From positions 240,001 through 272,000 of the forward strand of contig NC_018655.1 in assembly GCF_000299365.1 (NCBI RefSeq): a stretch of DNA of 32,000 bases, read 5' to 3'. The notes below the pieces were generated by a model, which saw only the letters and a program-made list of their open reading frames with translations, made no database searches and had not been told where the DNA came from. Within the stretch, counting starts at the first letter, position 1. The number at the start of each line of letters is the position of its first letter. The DNA comes from Candidatus Nitrosopumilus koreensis AR1. Lineage in GTDB: Archaea; Thermoproteota; Nitrososphaeria; Nitrososphaerales; Nitrosopumilaceae. This document shows, one piece after another, positions 17,268 to 27,959 of the stretch. A program made the position numbers and the translations under genes.

Positions 17268-18616
17268 TCTGGTTCTGGATGTATTGTTATCACTGCATTC
17301 TTGATTTCAGTTCTTATGATGTGCTCTATTTCTGATGTCAAGTCATGAACTTTCTCAATTGACAATTCTTTGTCAAATGAACAATCAATATCTATTTTGA
17401 GTATGTTTTCAAAATCTAATGACACTATTCTTCCTATTTTCTTAATTTCAGGATATTTTTCCAAAATTCTTTTTATTTTCTGTTCAGTGGCTTTATCTTC
17501 CAAGTTGAGATTTTCTGGTATTGTAACAAATGGTTCTAAATGAATTGTGGCATGTTCTATCTCTGGAATATTGTCATAAATTTTCTGTTCTATAATTTCA
17601 GAGATTTTGTGAGCGTCTGCTAGATTTTTTTCTCTATCTACCATTACATGTAAATTAGAAAATGTTTTTCCCTTGGTTTTATGGGTACTTACATTGTGCA
17701 CTCCTCTTACCCCCTTTACATTTTTAGCAATATCTAGAATTTTAGCATCTAGTGGCACGTCTTCCCAATCTGGTTCAAAATGAATAGTTATCGAAGCATT
17801 TGAAATTTTATTTTTGATATTTTTCTCAACATTACTACTTATCTCATGTGCATTGTCAAAACTAGTATCTCCTCTTAATGATATTGTAACATCTGCAAAT
17901 ATTGTATCACCTGAACGTCTCATTAGTATGGGTCCTGCATCAATCACACCTTGAGTTGACACGGCAATATCTCTTACATTCTTTACACTTTCTGGTGATA
18001 TGATGTCTGTCAAATCAAGAGCTGTTTTGTAAACCAGTTTTACACTAAGTACAGCTAACAATCCCCCTAAAATTAATGCTGCAACAAAGTCTCCATAATA
18101 GAAACCATATGATACCAAAACAATTCCAATAATTGCAATTAATGTTGAACCAAGATCCATAAATGCATGATAGAAATCTGCTTTGAGAGTTGTCCCACCT
18201 ATTTTTTGAATTGATCTACGTAATAGAATTATTCTAAAAATATCTACTCCTATTGTGTACACTCCTCCGATTATTGCAAACATTCCTGGAAGTATACTTG
18301 CTGGAGGACTCTGTATTCTGTGAATTGATTCGTAAATGAAAAAACATGCAATCAAAAAAATTGCTATTCCCCCAATCAATCCTCCTAATGACTCAATTTT
18401 TCCATGTCCGTAGGTATGTTCTGCATCAGGAGGCTTTATTGCCATTCTTGCTGCCAACAACAAAACAAGAGTAACTACACTGTCCAATAACGCATGAATG
18501 CTGTCTGTAATTAGTGCCAAACTATTGGAGACAAGTCCGAAAACTAACTCTACTACAAATGCAGAAAAAATAGCTACAAGCGAAATCTGTAAAACTCTAG
18601 TTCTTTGTACAAACAT
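17264..18616 (-). CDS. Cation diffusion facilitator (CDF) efflux protein with three tandem C-terminal cytoplasmic domains
   Basis: TDSIHALLDSVVTL and HTYGHGKIESLGGL, plus HAFMDLGSTLIAII, are CDF metal-site motifs. The C-terminus has three repeats ending SITIHFEPDWEDVP / ATIHLEPFVTIP / AVITIHPEPD. Confidence 0.9.
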   Translation of the reverse strand: MFVQRTRVLQISLVAIFSAFVVELVFGLVSNSLALITDSIHALLDSVVTLVLLLAARMAIKPPDAEHTYGHGKIESLGGLIGGIAIFLIACFFIYESIHRIQSPPASILPGMFAIIGGVYTIGVDIFRIILLRRSIQKIGGTTLKADFYHAFMDLGSTLIAIIGIVLVSYGFYYGDFVAALILGGLLAVLSVKLVYKTALDLTDIISPESVKNVRDIAVSTQGVIDAGPILMRRSGDTIFADVTISLRGDTSFDNAHEISSNVEKNIKNKISNASITIHFEPDWEDVPLDAKILDIAKNVKGVRGVHNVSTHKTKGKTFSNLHVMVDREKNLADAHKISEIIEQKIYDNIPEIEHATIHLEPFVTIPENLNLEDKATEQKIKRILEKYPEIKKIGRIVSLDFENILKIDIDCSFDKELSIEKVHDLTSEIEHIIRTEIKNAVITIHPEPD

Positions 18617-21600
18617 TTTCCTTGTTTTTTAATAATTTCTATCATGTATTACAAGTTTCTAAGGATTATTCCTACGATAACATTATTTGCAAAGAAACTC
18701 TATTTTCTATCATTGGATAAAAATTGGTTATTTTTATTGGGTTTTTCCCTATTTCTCATTCCTGTTCTAGATGTTGATGCCTCTAGCAATCCTAACTTGT
18801 CGGTATCTGCTGAAAATTCAAAATTTGATAATCATTTTGCAGGATCTATGGTGATTGAGGTTGTCATCAGGGATTCCAACATTTCTGACACTGGTGAAGG
18901 AAAAGGAGAACCTGATGTTACTATTAATGGAAAAACACTTCGTATGGTTCAGGCAACAGATGGAAATTGGTATGCATATTTTGCAAATGTTGACAAGGCA
19001 AAAATTGCCGATGCCACAGTTGGCTTGGCTGGAAAAGGATTAGATTTTGGAGAATTCTGTAGTAGGGATACAGCAACATCCGTGTTTGGAATTTCTCTAA
19101 GTGAAACTGATGGGTTTGCAATTCCTCGACCTGATTCTGTTTCTGGTTCTACTAATGGCAATTCTTCTTTTTCTGAATGTACTTCTAGCCCCTCTAATAC
19201 TTCTAATCATAATAATGTTGTAAGAAAAGCAAAATCTATCAACACTAATTCTAACGTCCCTGTTGGTCAAATTGGATTGGATGTTGATGCATGGCCATTA
19301 ATTCAACTCTATTCTTTTGATGATGTAGTAATACAATACAATCCTGGAGGTTCTCCACAACAAGTGTTTCTTGATTATGATGAAATCCCAAACATTACAT
19401 TAAATGTTGATAGGGATCTATATCCTGAGAACTCTGAAGTATTTCTAACTGTAAATGATATTCAATTAAATCAAGATCCAACTGATGAAGATTCTTGGAC
19501 ATTTGATATTGATTCTACAACAAACACTTTCTATCAAGCATTTGACAGTGCTGGAAATAATGATGCTAATGGAAATGCAGGATTAGTAGATCTTGTTCCT
19601 CATCTATCAAATTTGGGATTTGAAGATAATGGAAAATTATCTTTATCTCTAGGAAATATTTTAGAATTAAAAACAAATAATGATCAACCTAGTTCTTCAG
19701 TATCTGACGCCGTCCCAAACACTTATTCCAAAATCATAACCCTTGTTGAACAAGAACCAAACTCTGGACTGTTTACAAGTTATGATTCTGATGATCAGTC
19801 TGTCATTGGAATATTGAATGATGCACCACGTGGTCAAACTGGACAAATTACTTACAACAAAAAATCCATTTCAGTTGTAACTGGATTTTCTACCGCATCT
19901 GTTTCTTTAGATGGTGAACCTGTTTTGACGATTGGAAATGGCGCTCAGTTAAGACCGGGCACGAAATATCCTGTGATTTTGCAGGATCCTGATCAAAATC
20001 TTAACACTGGTGCTAGAGATGACCTTGATGTTTTTAGGGATACTGCACTAATTCCCACAATTACCATTGGAAATCCTGTTACGCTGGAACATGCTGGTAG
20101 TGTTGAATTTCACTCATCTTCACCTGTTCTAACTGGTGGAGATGATTCCAATTCTTCTGTGCCTGATTCAAACTCTGACATATTACTACTTGACACATCA
20201 AATGTATCTAATGCTGCCTATGAGATGATCTCAATTAATCTTGGTATCTCAGCTTCTTCATTAGCAGCATCACTTATTGACTCCTCAGAATCTAACACTA
20301 ATGGAACAAACTGGATAAATTATGATTTGAGATCACTTGAAAAAAATTTAGGAATTTCTGATTTTAGCAGTACCACATTTGCACTTGCATTTGGAACTCG
20401 TGATTCTGCTCAAATTGTTATAGCTGACAATGGTGACGTGACATCCTCTCAAGGATTTATTCAAATTGATAACAATGATGTAACAAGCATTAAGGGAAAA
20501 ACAGGCACTGCCTTTTTGATAATTGATTTTTCTACTGCTGATGACGTTACTATATCTAATGAAACAAACAAACTACCAATAGTTTTTGACTTTTTTTCAT
20601 TTGGATTAAAAAACAATGATAGCATAAACAACTCCATTTATCGTTTTGAATTAGAAGAAACTTTTGATAATTCATCTGTTTTTGAAGGCACTTTTGAATA
20701 TGCCGTTACAAACCAATTAAACATACTTGATCCTGATTTTATTCAAACCATCCAAACAATTGATGATGAAATAAAAATCATAATTACTAATAGATTAATT
20801 GATGAAGAAGGAATTGCAATCTCTTATGCTGATTTAGATTCCGTCGGTGTAACAACTACCACTTCAAGTAAATCTGATGTTTCAACACATTCAGGAACTG
20901 TTTCAACTACTTCAACAACATTTCGATTTGGTCAACCAGTAACAATTACTCTAAGTGACTCTGATCTTAATTTGAAAAGTGATACTGTTGAAATATATCA
21001 AGTAATCAATGATCCAAACTCTGACAATGTTGATACTGTAGGAAAAGACGGGGAAATTTTGTTAGAGATTAAACTTAAAGATATTCGTTACAAGCGATGT
21101 ACTGTTAATGGTGTTGAACATGGTGGTTTAGCATCTACTGGATTTACACTTGTGGAAACAGGACCTAGTACTGGAATATTTACAGGAGTGTTCAAAATGC
21201 CATCTCAGATTTGTGATAAAACAGGCTCAAAATTGATCTATACTTCTGGTGGAAGCCTTGATGTCCGTTATTATGACTCTCGCGACGAATCTGGAAATGA
21301 AAATATCTTCAGCTTGTTAGATTCGAAATCTTCTGTATCTTATTACATTCCTGCTAATCTCAGTACTGAAAAAGTTTTACTTCCACCAACTGGTTCTTCT
21401 AAAGAAATAATCTTGACTGGAAGTATTGAATATCATAAACGTGGAGTTCCATTATCCATAGAACTAACAAATCCTGATGGTACAAAACAAAACTTTGGTG
21501 CAACCCTTAGTAGCAGCGGGGGATATCGTTCAATCTTTACTGTGAATGGTGACACTTTACCTGGAACATATTTTATCAATCTTTTTTATGATGGAAAAAA

Positions 21601-21895
21601 TATTGGAATGCTTTCGTTTAACGTGATTTCTGAAAATGTTCCTGATTGGGTTAAAAACAGTGCTCGCTGGTGGTCTTCTGATACTATTTCTGATGGTGAG
21701 TTTATTGATGGACTTGAACATCTAGTTGAAACTGGGGTGATTACCATTGAGTCATCTGACACAAGTGACATGGACCAAGAAATCCCTGATTGGGTTAAAA
21801 ACACTGCAAGATGGTGGGCCAATGATGATATTCCTGAAGGTGAATTCATAAAATCAATACAATACTTGGTCAAAAAAGGTATAATTCGAATATAA
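18605..21895 (+). CDS. Large secreted surface / S-layer-like protein
   Basis: Hydrophobic signal NWLFLLGFSLFLIPVLDVDA, repeated beta-rich segments (VTLSDSDLN, RTGxYPVILQDPDQNLN), and two C-terminal copies of (I/V)PDWVKN(S/T)ARWW...I.(D/E)GEFI..(L/I)..LV..G(V/I)I.I. The annotated start overlaps the divergent CDF gene, so the true start is probably 18644 (ATG) or about 18713 (TTG). Confidence 0.75.
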   Translation: MYKHFPCFLIISIMYYKFLRIIPTITLFAKKLYFLSLDKNWLFLLGFSLFLIPVLDVDASSNPNLSVSAENSKFDNHFAGSMVIEVVIRDSNISDTGEGKGEPDVTINGKTLRMVQATDGNWYAYFANVDKAKIADATVGLAGKGLDFGEFCSRDTATSVFGISLSETDGFAIPRPDSVSGSTNGNSSFSECTSSPSNTSNHNNVVRKAKSINTNSNVPVGQIGLDVDAWPLIQLYSFDDVVIQYNPGGSPQQVFLDYDEIPNITLNVDRDLYPENSEVFLTVNDIQLNQDPTDEDSWTFDIDSTTNTFYQAFDSAGNNDANGNAGLVDLVPHLSNLGFEDNGKLSLSLGNILELKTNNDQPSSSVSDAVPNTYSKIITLVEQEPNSGLFTSYDSDDQSVIGILNDAPRGQTGQITYNKKSISVVTGFSTASVSLDGEPVLTIGNGAQLRPGTKYPVILQDPDQNLNTGARDDLDVFRDTALIPTITIGNPVTLEHAGSVEFHSSSPVLTGGDDSNSSVPDSNSDILLLDTSNVSNAAYEMISINLGISASSLAASLIDSSESNTNGTNWINYDLRSLEKNLGISDFSSTTFALAFGTRDSAQIVIADNGDVTSSQGFIQIDNNDVTSIKGKTGTAFLIIDFSTADDVTISNETNKLPIVFDFFSFGLKNNDSINNSIYRFELEETFDNSSVFEGTFEYAVTNQLNILDPDFIQTIQTIDDEIKIIITNRLIDEEGIAISYADLDSVGVTTTTSSKSDVSTHSGTVSTTSTTFRFGQPVTITLSDSDLNLKSDTVEIYQVINDPNSDNVDTVGKDGEILLEIKLKDIRYKRCTVNGVEHGGLASTGFTLVETGPSTGIFTGVFKMPSQICDKTGSKLIYTSGGSLDVRYYDSRDESGNENIFSLLDSKSSVSYYIPANLSTEKVLLPPTGSSKEIILTGSIEYHKRGVPLSIELTNPDGTKQNFGATLSSSGGYRSIFTVNGDTLPGTYFINLFYDGKNIGMLSFNVISENVPDWVKNSARWWSSDTISDGEFIDGLEHLVETGVITIESSDTSDMDQEIPDWVKNTARWWANDDIPEGEFIKSIQYLVKKGIIRI
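21640..21893 (+). repeat. Two tandem protein-domain copies (PDWVKN...ARWW) at the C-terminus of the surface protein
   Basis: VPDWVKNSARWWSSDTISDGEFIDGLEHLVETGVITI and IPDWVKNTARWWANDDIPEGEFIKSIQYLVKKGIIRI. Confidence 0.85.
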
Positions 21896-21944
21896 TCTGG
21901 TCAATTTTTCTTTCATCAAATACATAAATACTGACAACTCATGA

Positions 21945-22904
<960 letters not shown>

Positions 22905-22954
22905 TCTTTTAGAGTTACTCTAGGTTATTATACTGAAAGACATTATCTAACATA

Positions 22955-23278
22955 ATGCATATTGAATATGAGGAGTTTGATTCAATTGAAGATATTTTCA
23001 TGTATTTAGCATCAGCAGCACCTCCAATGAAAAATACAATGCCAATTAATTCTTACAAAGACTATATCATGTCCTTTATTCCTCTTAGTCCTTCTACTGG
23101 GGAAACCTATCTTATGCTATATGTCAAGGGCTCTCTCGAACCTGGAATCTATGAGTTTGATGTATCTACAAAATCGTACAAAAAAGTTGATAATATTGAG
23201 AGAGCAGATAAGGTTTACTTTATCTCTTTGACTCCAAAACGAAACACCATAGCAGATGCTGCTATAGCAAGTCTATAG
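22955..23278 (+). CDS. Conserved-looking small hypothetical protein
   Basis: 107-aa ORF starting 50 bp after the preceding gene, with plausible codon usage; 6-bp convergent overlap with the radical SAM gene. No family recognised. Confidence 0.5.
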   Translation: MHIEYEEFDSIEDIFMYLASAAPPMKNTMPINSYKDYIMSFIPLSPSTGETYLMLYVKGSLEPGIYEFDVSTKSYKKVDNIERADKVYFISLTPKRNTIADAAIASL

Positions 23279-24853
23279 TTTCTTAGTTTGAATTTTTGGA
23301 GCAGATACTGATCTGCTTCTAGCGTATTTGTCAATTATCTCATCTGGGGTTCTTCCATTAAAGAGATCTTTACACAATCCTCTTAGATATCTCATAATTG
23401 CCCATGTTCCTGCCTTTAAAATTCCGTACATGAAAACTTTCATTGGTGGTCCATATGTCTTGTTTCTAAGAATAATTGGAATGATGTCATTAATCACGCG
23501 GAGGTTATTTTCCCAGCATTTCCAAAATAATGTAAACTGAGCTTCATTCAAATTTCCAAAGTGCATTGAATTCTTTTCACTAAAGTCTTGATACAATAAT
23601 GGTGCCACTAATCCTCTAAAGTCCATTTCCCTAAAGTCACTCATCATGTCAATCGTATATTGGATATCATCAGGTGTTTCATCAGGCCATCCAATAATGA
23701 TTGTAGCAGCTGGGAACCAATGATTTTCATTAAGAATTTTTGCTCCTTCTCTAACAACACTTCCCCACTCCTCAGTTGAAAATGGTCTTGTTTTAACACC
23801 TAGGTGTTTCTTTACCATGTCCGGTGCAACTGTCTCAATTCCTAAATTGGTTGCAAGCCACCTTCCTGATTGATCTTGTCCATTCACATGTGAAATTTGT
23901 TGCATTAATGTAGGATCTGCTGCAACTGCTGAAAATGTCATATGTGTTGTTCCAATAAAGTTTGCACCAAGTCCTTTTAGTGACTTCCACAAATCTGTAA
24001 TCGCATCTCTGTTGGGAATAAAATCTCTGTTGTCACATCCATAAAGTAACATTTCATCAGAGTGTAACCAAATTGAATCAAAACCATAATCTAAATTGAT
24101 TTTTGCTTCATGCTGTAATCTTTCTATGGGTAGATCTTTCTTTGATCTTTTATTTACATCACAAAAATCGCAACCCCTACCACATCCTCTCATTGCCTCA
24201 ATCAAAGAATTGATTGTAGGTCCTTCAATTACTGGAATATTTTCAAGATTTCTTACAAAACAATGCATTAATTCTGGCGCATCATTTTTTTCTAAATCTT
24301 GGAATAAATCAACTGCTAATTCGTCTGCTTCACCTACTACAACCGTATCTATTCCATGAATCTTCATTCTGTCTGATTTTGCTAATTCCCATGCTCCGTT
24401 TCCTCCAACTACCACTTTGAAATCGTATTTCTTTTTGAGTTGAATTATACTTGCACACATTTTTTTAAATTTCATTGCAACATATGACAATTTTTCTGGT
24501 GACATTGTTGTGGTGACTGGTGCCATTCCTAATGGATCCATTACATTGATGCCAACAACTTTGGTATCTGGTCCGATTGATTTGTGTAACATATCAGGAT
24601 GTCCAATAAATACATCTTCTCTGTTGTATCCTCCTTGAATCAATGAACTTTCGATTCTTCTTAGACCAATCTGAGCAACTTTTGCTTCACCTGTAATTGG
24701 ATCTGTTTCTACTGAAGGACAAAATACTTTGTCAAAAACCCATTCTGGTAAAACCTCGTACGGTCCACATGCAATAAATCCATACAGAAAATTTCCTCTA
24801 TAATTTGTCATTAAACTACGATCTGCAGTTAGTACAACACGTTTGCCAGCCAA
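23273..24853 (-). CDS. Radical SAM protein with an N-terminal cobalamin-binding-like domain; candidate GDGT ring synthase-type enzyme
   Basis: MRGCGRGCDFCDVNKRSK is the CxxxCxxC cluster motif. Rossmann-like N-terminal region VVGINVMDPLG...FKVVVGGNGAWELA. Confidence 0.85.
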   Translation of the reverse strand: MAGKRVVLTADRSLMTNYRGNFLYGFIACGPYEVLPEWVFDKVFCPSVETDPITGEAKVAQIGLRRIESSLIQGGYNREDVFIGHPDMLHKSIGPDTKVVGINVMDPLGMAPVTTTMSPEKLSYVAMKFKKMCASIIQLKKKYDFKVVVGGNGAWELAKSDRMKIHGIDTVVVGEADELAVDLFQDLEKNDAPELMHCFVRNLENIPVIEGPTINSLIEAMRGCGRGCDFCDVNKRSKKDLPIERLQHEAKINLDYGFDSIWLHSDEMLLYGCDNRDFIPNRDAITDLWKSLKGLGANFIGTTHMTFSAVAADPTLMQQISHVNGQDQSGRWLATNLGIETVAPDMVKKHLGVKTRPFSTEEWGSVVREGAKILNENHWFPAATIIIGWPDETPDDIQYTIDMMSDFREMDFRGLVAPLLYQDFSEKNSMHFGNLNEAQFTLFWKCWENNLRVINDIIPIILRNKTYGPPMKVFMYGILKAGTWAIMRYLRGLCKDLFNGRTPDEIIDKYARSRSVSAPKIQTKKL

Positions 24854-24925
24854 CTATCAGACTTCGTTTAATTATGTTATATATCATTTACGAGATTGAC
24901 ATGTCCAATAAGTTGTAAATTTTGC

Positions 24926-25702
24926 CTATTCTTTTTTTCTTATTGTTCTGTTTGCGATATTTGCTGCAATCCCACCAGCTGCAATCCCGTTGTCTATGTT
25001 TACTACCGATAATCCCAGCGAACAACTTTGAAGCATTGAAGCAAGGGCGGCAATTCCTTTTTCACCATACCCATATCCGACTGATGTTGGAATCCCAATA
25101 ACTGGAATGTCTGTCATTGTAGAAACTAATGTTGCTAACGCCCCTTCCATTCCAGCAGCTACAATAATACAATCAACATCCTCTTCTATCATTTTTTTTA
25201 AGATTGGAAATATTCTTTGGATTCCTGCCACTCCTACATCATAACTTGTGATACACTTACAATTCATTGCCTCACAAACTAGTCTTGATTCTTCTGCTAC
25301 TCCAATATCTGATGTTCCTGCAGTAAGAATACCTACTTTTCCACCATGAAATTTGATTGGTTTTTTAAATAATAATAATGAAGATGATTTTTTCCCTGTC
25401 TTGATTTTCACCTTTAACCTCTTTGCAAATGCTTGGATTTTTGGATAATCTGTTTTCTTTATTCTTGAGACAATCACTGAATTTGATTTTTCTAAAACTC
25501 GTTTTATGATTTTTTTAATTTCTTCTAGTTCTTTTGTCTCTGCAAAAATTATCTCAGGAATACCTCTTCTTTTTCTTCTGTTGATATCTATTTTTGCAAT
25601 TCCTTCTATCTCTTCAATTGAATACAATGATAACATCTTTTTTGCATCATTAACTGAGACAGTTCCTGCCTTGACTGATTTTAGAACCTCGTGAATTTCC
25701 AA
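24926..25702 (-). CDS. larB: Nickel-pincer nucleotide cofactor biosynthesis protein LarB (AIR carboxylase-like)
   Basis: RKRRGIPEIIFAETKELEEI...VGILTAGTSDIGVAEESRLVCEAMNCKCITSYDVGVAGIQRIFP...VIIVAAGMEGALATLVSTMTDIPVIGIPTSVGYGYGEKGIAALASMLQSCSLGLSVVNIDNGIAAG. Confidence 0.93.
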   Translation of the reverse strand: MEIHEVLKSVKAGTVSVNDAKKMLSLYSIEEIEGIAKIDINRRKRRGIPEIIFAETKELEEIKKIIKRVLEKSNSVIVSRIKKTDYPKIQAFAKRLKVKIKTGKKSSSLLLFKKPIKFHGGKVGILTAGTSDIGVAEESRLVCEAMNCKCITSYDVGVAGIQRIFPILKKMIEEDVDCIIVAAGMEGALATLVSTMTDIPVIGIPTSVGYGYGEKGIAALASMLQSCSLGLSVVNIDNGIAAGGIAANIANRTIRKKE

Positions 25703-25734
25703 TGATAGTTTTCTTTTTATGGATAAAAAAATGC

Positions 25735-26649
25735 TTAGATCTCAATACCTGATATTGCGCCTTTGACACTTTCAACTGCTTTGTTAAAGACTTGTTTTTC
25801 TTCATCATTTAGGTCTAATTCAATAATTTTCTCAACACCCTTTTTTCCTATGATTGCTGGAACCCCGATTGTGACATCTGAATGGCCATATTCTCCATCA
25901 AGATATGTTGCCACTGGAATGACTTGTTTTCTGTCCCTTACAACTGATTCAATAATTGCAGAAATTGCATTTCCTGGAGCGTGAACTGTTGCTCCCTTTA
26001 ATTCAATAACTTTTGCTGCGACCTGTTTTGTGTTTTCAACCAATTCATCTAATTTTTCTTTTGGAAGAAATGATGATAGTGGAATTCCTGAAACTGATGA
26101 AAATCTTGGTAGTGGTAACATGTTTTCCCCATGTTCTCCGATTACTAATGCTCTAATGGAATCTCTAGAGTGTCCAGTTGCTTCATGGATAAATTGTCTG
26201 AATCTAGATAAATCAAGCATGCCGCCCATTCCAAATACTCTACTCCTATCAAATCCTGATGTCTTGTATGTGATGTATGCCATTGGATCTAATGGGTTAG
26301 TTACTGGAATAATCATAGAATCATCGGCATATTTTTTGACATTGTCTACTACGCTTTTGACAATTGAAGCGTTAATCTTCAAAAGATCCATGCGAGTCAT
26401 TCCTGGTTTTCGTCCAGAACCTGCAACAACTACTACGATATTGGAACCTTTCATATCTTCAAAATTGTTAGATCCTTTCACTTCAACATCTATTCCTTGC
26501 TCAGAAAGCATATGGTTGATATCCATTGCCTCCCCTTGAGGAAGTCCTTCAGCAACATCTAGTAACAAAATTTGATCATCTAATCGTTTTAATGCAGAAA
26601 ATACTGCAGCGTCTCCGCCTACTTTACCTGAACCAATAATAGTAATCAT
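25735..26649 (-). CDS. mdh: Malate dehydrogenase (LDH/MDH superfamily)
   Basis: [49 protein letters not shown] and [14 protein letters not shown]. Confidence 0.92.
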   Translation of the reverse strand: MITIIGSGKVGGDAAVFSALKRLDDQILLLDVAEGLPQGEAMDINHMLSEQGIDVEVKGSNNFEDMKGSNIVVVVAGSGRKPGMTRMDLLKINASIVKSVVDNVKKYADDSMIIPVTNPLDPMAYITYKTSGFDRSRVFGMGGMLDLSRFRQFIHEATGHSRDSIRALVIGEHGENMLPLPRFSSVSGIPLSSFLPKEKLDELVENTKQVAAKVIELKGATVHAPGNAISAIIESVVRDRKQVIPVATYLDGEYGHSDVTIGVPAIIGKKGVEKIIELDLNDEEKQVFNKAVESVKGAISGIEI

Positions 26650-26709
26650 GAATGTCGCTGTTAATTTTCAATAATTAAATCTAATGAAATTTCAAACTGA
26701 TCAGACGAA

Positions 26710-26717
26710 TTTATAAG
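26710..26717 (+). promoter_or_regulatory. Putative TATA box for larC (near-leaderless start)
   Basis: TTTATAAG lies about 26 bp upstream of the larC ATG at 26739. Confidence 0.5.
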
Positions 26718-26738
26718 CATTTTCAATAATTTTTAATC

Positions 26739-27959
26739 ATGGTTTTAGTAATTGATCCTCAAATCGCAGGAATATCTGGAGATATGTTTCTCTCTTCTTT
26801 GATTGATTTGGGAGCCGATAAAGACAAAGTTATTGATGGGATCAAAAAATCTGAAAAATTTTTCTCAGATTCTGTTATTAGAAAAATTGATTTTCAAAAA
26901 ACCCAAAAACGAGGAATTGAGGCTGTTCAACTAATATTAGAAATTGATGAGCACTTACATGAAAGAAAGGGCTCTGAAATTAAGAAAGCAATCAATGATG
27001 CTACTCAAAATTTACAATTATCTGACAAGGCAAAAACCTTTGCTGATTCTTGCATTAACACCCTAATCTCTTCTGAATCAAAAATTCATGGTGTCTCAGA
27101 AGATTCAGTTCATTTTCATGAGGCATCTAGTATTGATACTTTGGTTGATATTGTTGGAATTACTATTGCTTTAGACGATTTAGGATTATTTGATGAAAAA
27201 ATTATTTCTATGCCTGTCTCTGTTGGTGGGGGTAGTGTGACTTTTTCACATGGTACAATGTCTAATCCTGCAAGTGCAATTCTTGAGATTTTCAAAAACT
27301 CTTATCTAAAAATAAAAGGAAACAATGCTGATGAAGAATTGACAACTCCAACTGGTGCATGTATTTTAGCCAATCTGACAAACACGTCTATGGATTACTA
27401 TCCTTCAATGAAAATTAATTCTATTGGATATGGTGCAGGAAAAAAAGATTTTCAAGAATTTTCTAATGTCTTAAAAATAGTCCAAGGCTCTACAAATAAT
27501 TTGGAAATAGATTCAGTAAAAATTCTTGAGACCAATGTAGATGACATTTCTGGCGAAATTCTTGGAAATCTTATTGAAAAAATTATGCAAAAAGGTGCTC
27601 GAGATGTCTCAATTTATCATGGAATTACAAAAAAAGGAAGACCTACAAATCTTATATCTGTAATATGTGATGATCAAAATATTACTGAAATTGTTGATAC
27701 GCTAATTCTCGAAACTGGAACCTTGGGTATTCGCATATCTGAATCTAATCGATTTATTGTACCTAGAACAAATCATAATGTTTCGTTAACAATTGATGGA
27801 AAATCTTTTGATATACGATACAAAAAATCTTCCTTTAAAGGAAAAACAGATTTCAAAATAGAGTTTGATGATTTGAAACATGTCTCAAGTTCTCTTGAGA
27901 AATCAATCAAAGAAACAGAATCATTACTTCGAAAAGAAATTGAACAACTGGAGAATTAA
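26739..27959 (+). CDS. larC: Nickel-pincer nucleotide cofactor biosynthesis nickel insertion protein LarC (single full-length ORF)
   Basis: DPQIAGISGDMFLSSLIDLGADKDKV...VHFHEASSIDTLVDIVGI...PTGACILANL...ETNVDDISGEILG...GRPTNLISVICD. Confidence 0.92.
   Translation: MVLVIDPQIAGISGDMFLSSLIDLGADKDKVIDGIKKSEKFFSDSVIRKIDFQKTQKRGIEAVQLILEIDEHLHERKGSEIKKAINDATQNLQLSDKAKTFADSCINTLISSESKIHGVSEDSVHFHEASSIDTLVDIVGITIALDDLGLFDEKIISMPVSVGGGSVTFSHGTMSNPASAILEIFKNSYLKIKGNNADEELTTPTGACILANLTNTSMDYYPSMKINSIGYGAGKKDFQEFSNVLKIVQGSTNNLEIDSVKILETNVDDISGEILGNLIEKIMQKGARDVSIYHGITKKGRPTNLISVICDDQNITEIVDTLILETGTLGIRISESNRFIVPRTNHNVSLTIDGKSFDIRYKKSSFKGKTDFKIEFDDLKHVSSSLEKSIKETESLLRKEIEQLEN

Noticed and set aside
25763-25984. 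Plus-strand ORF opposite mdh
   Set aside because: Composition is typical of an antisense shadow ORF; mdh motifs are clear on the other strand.
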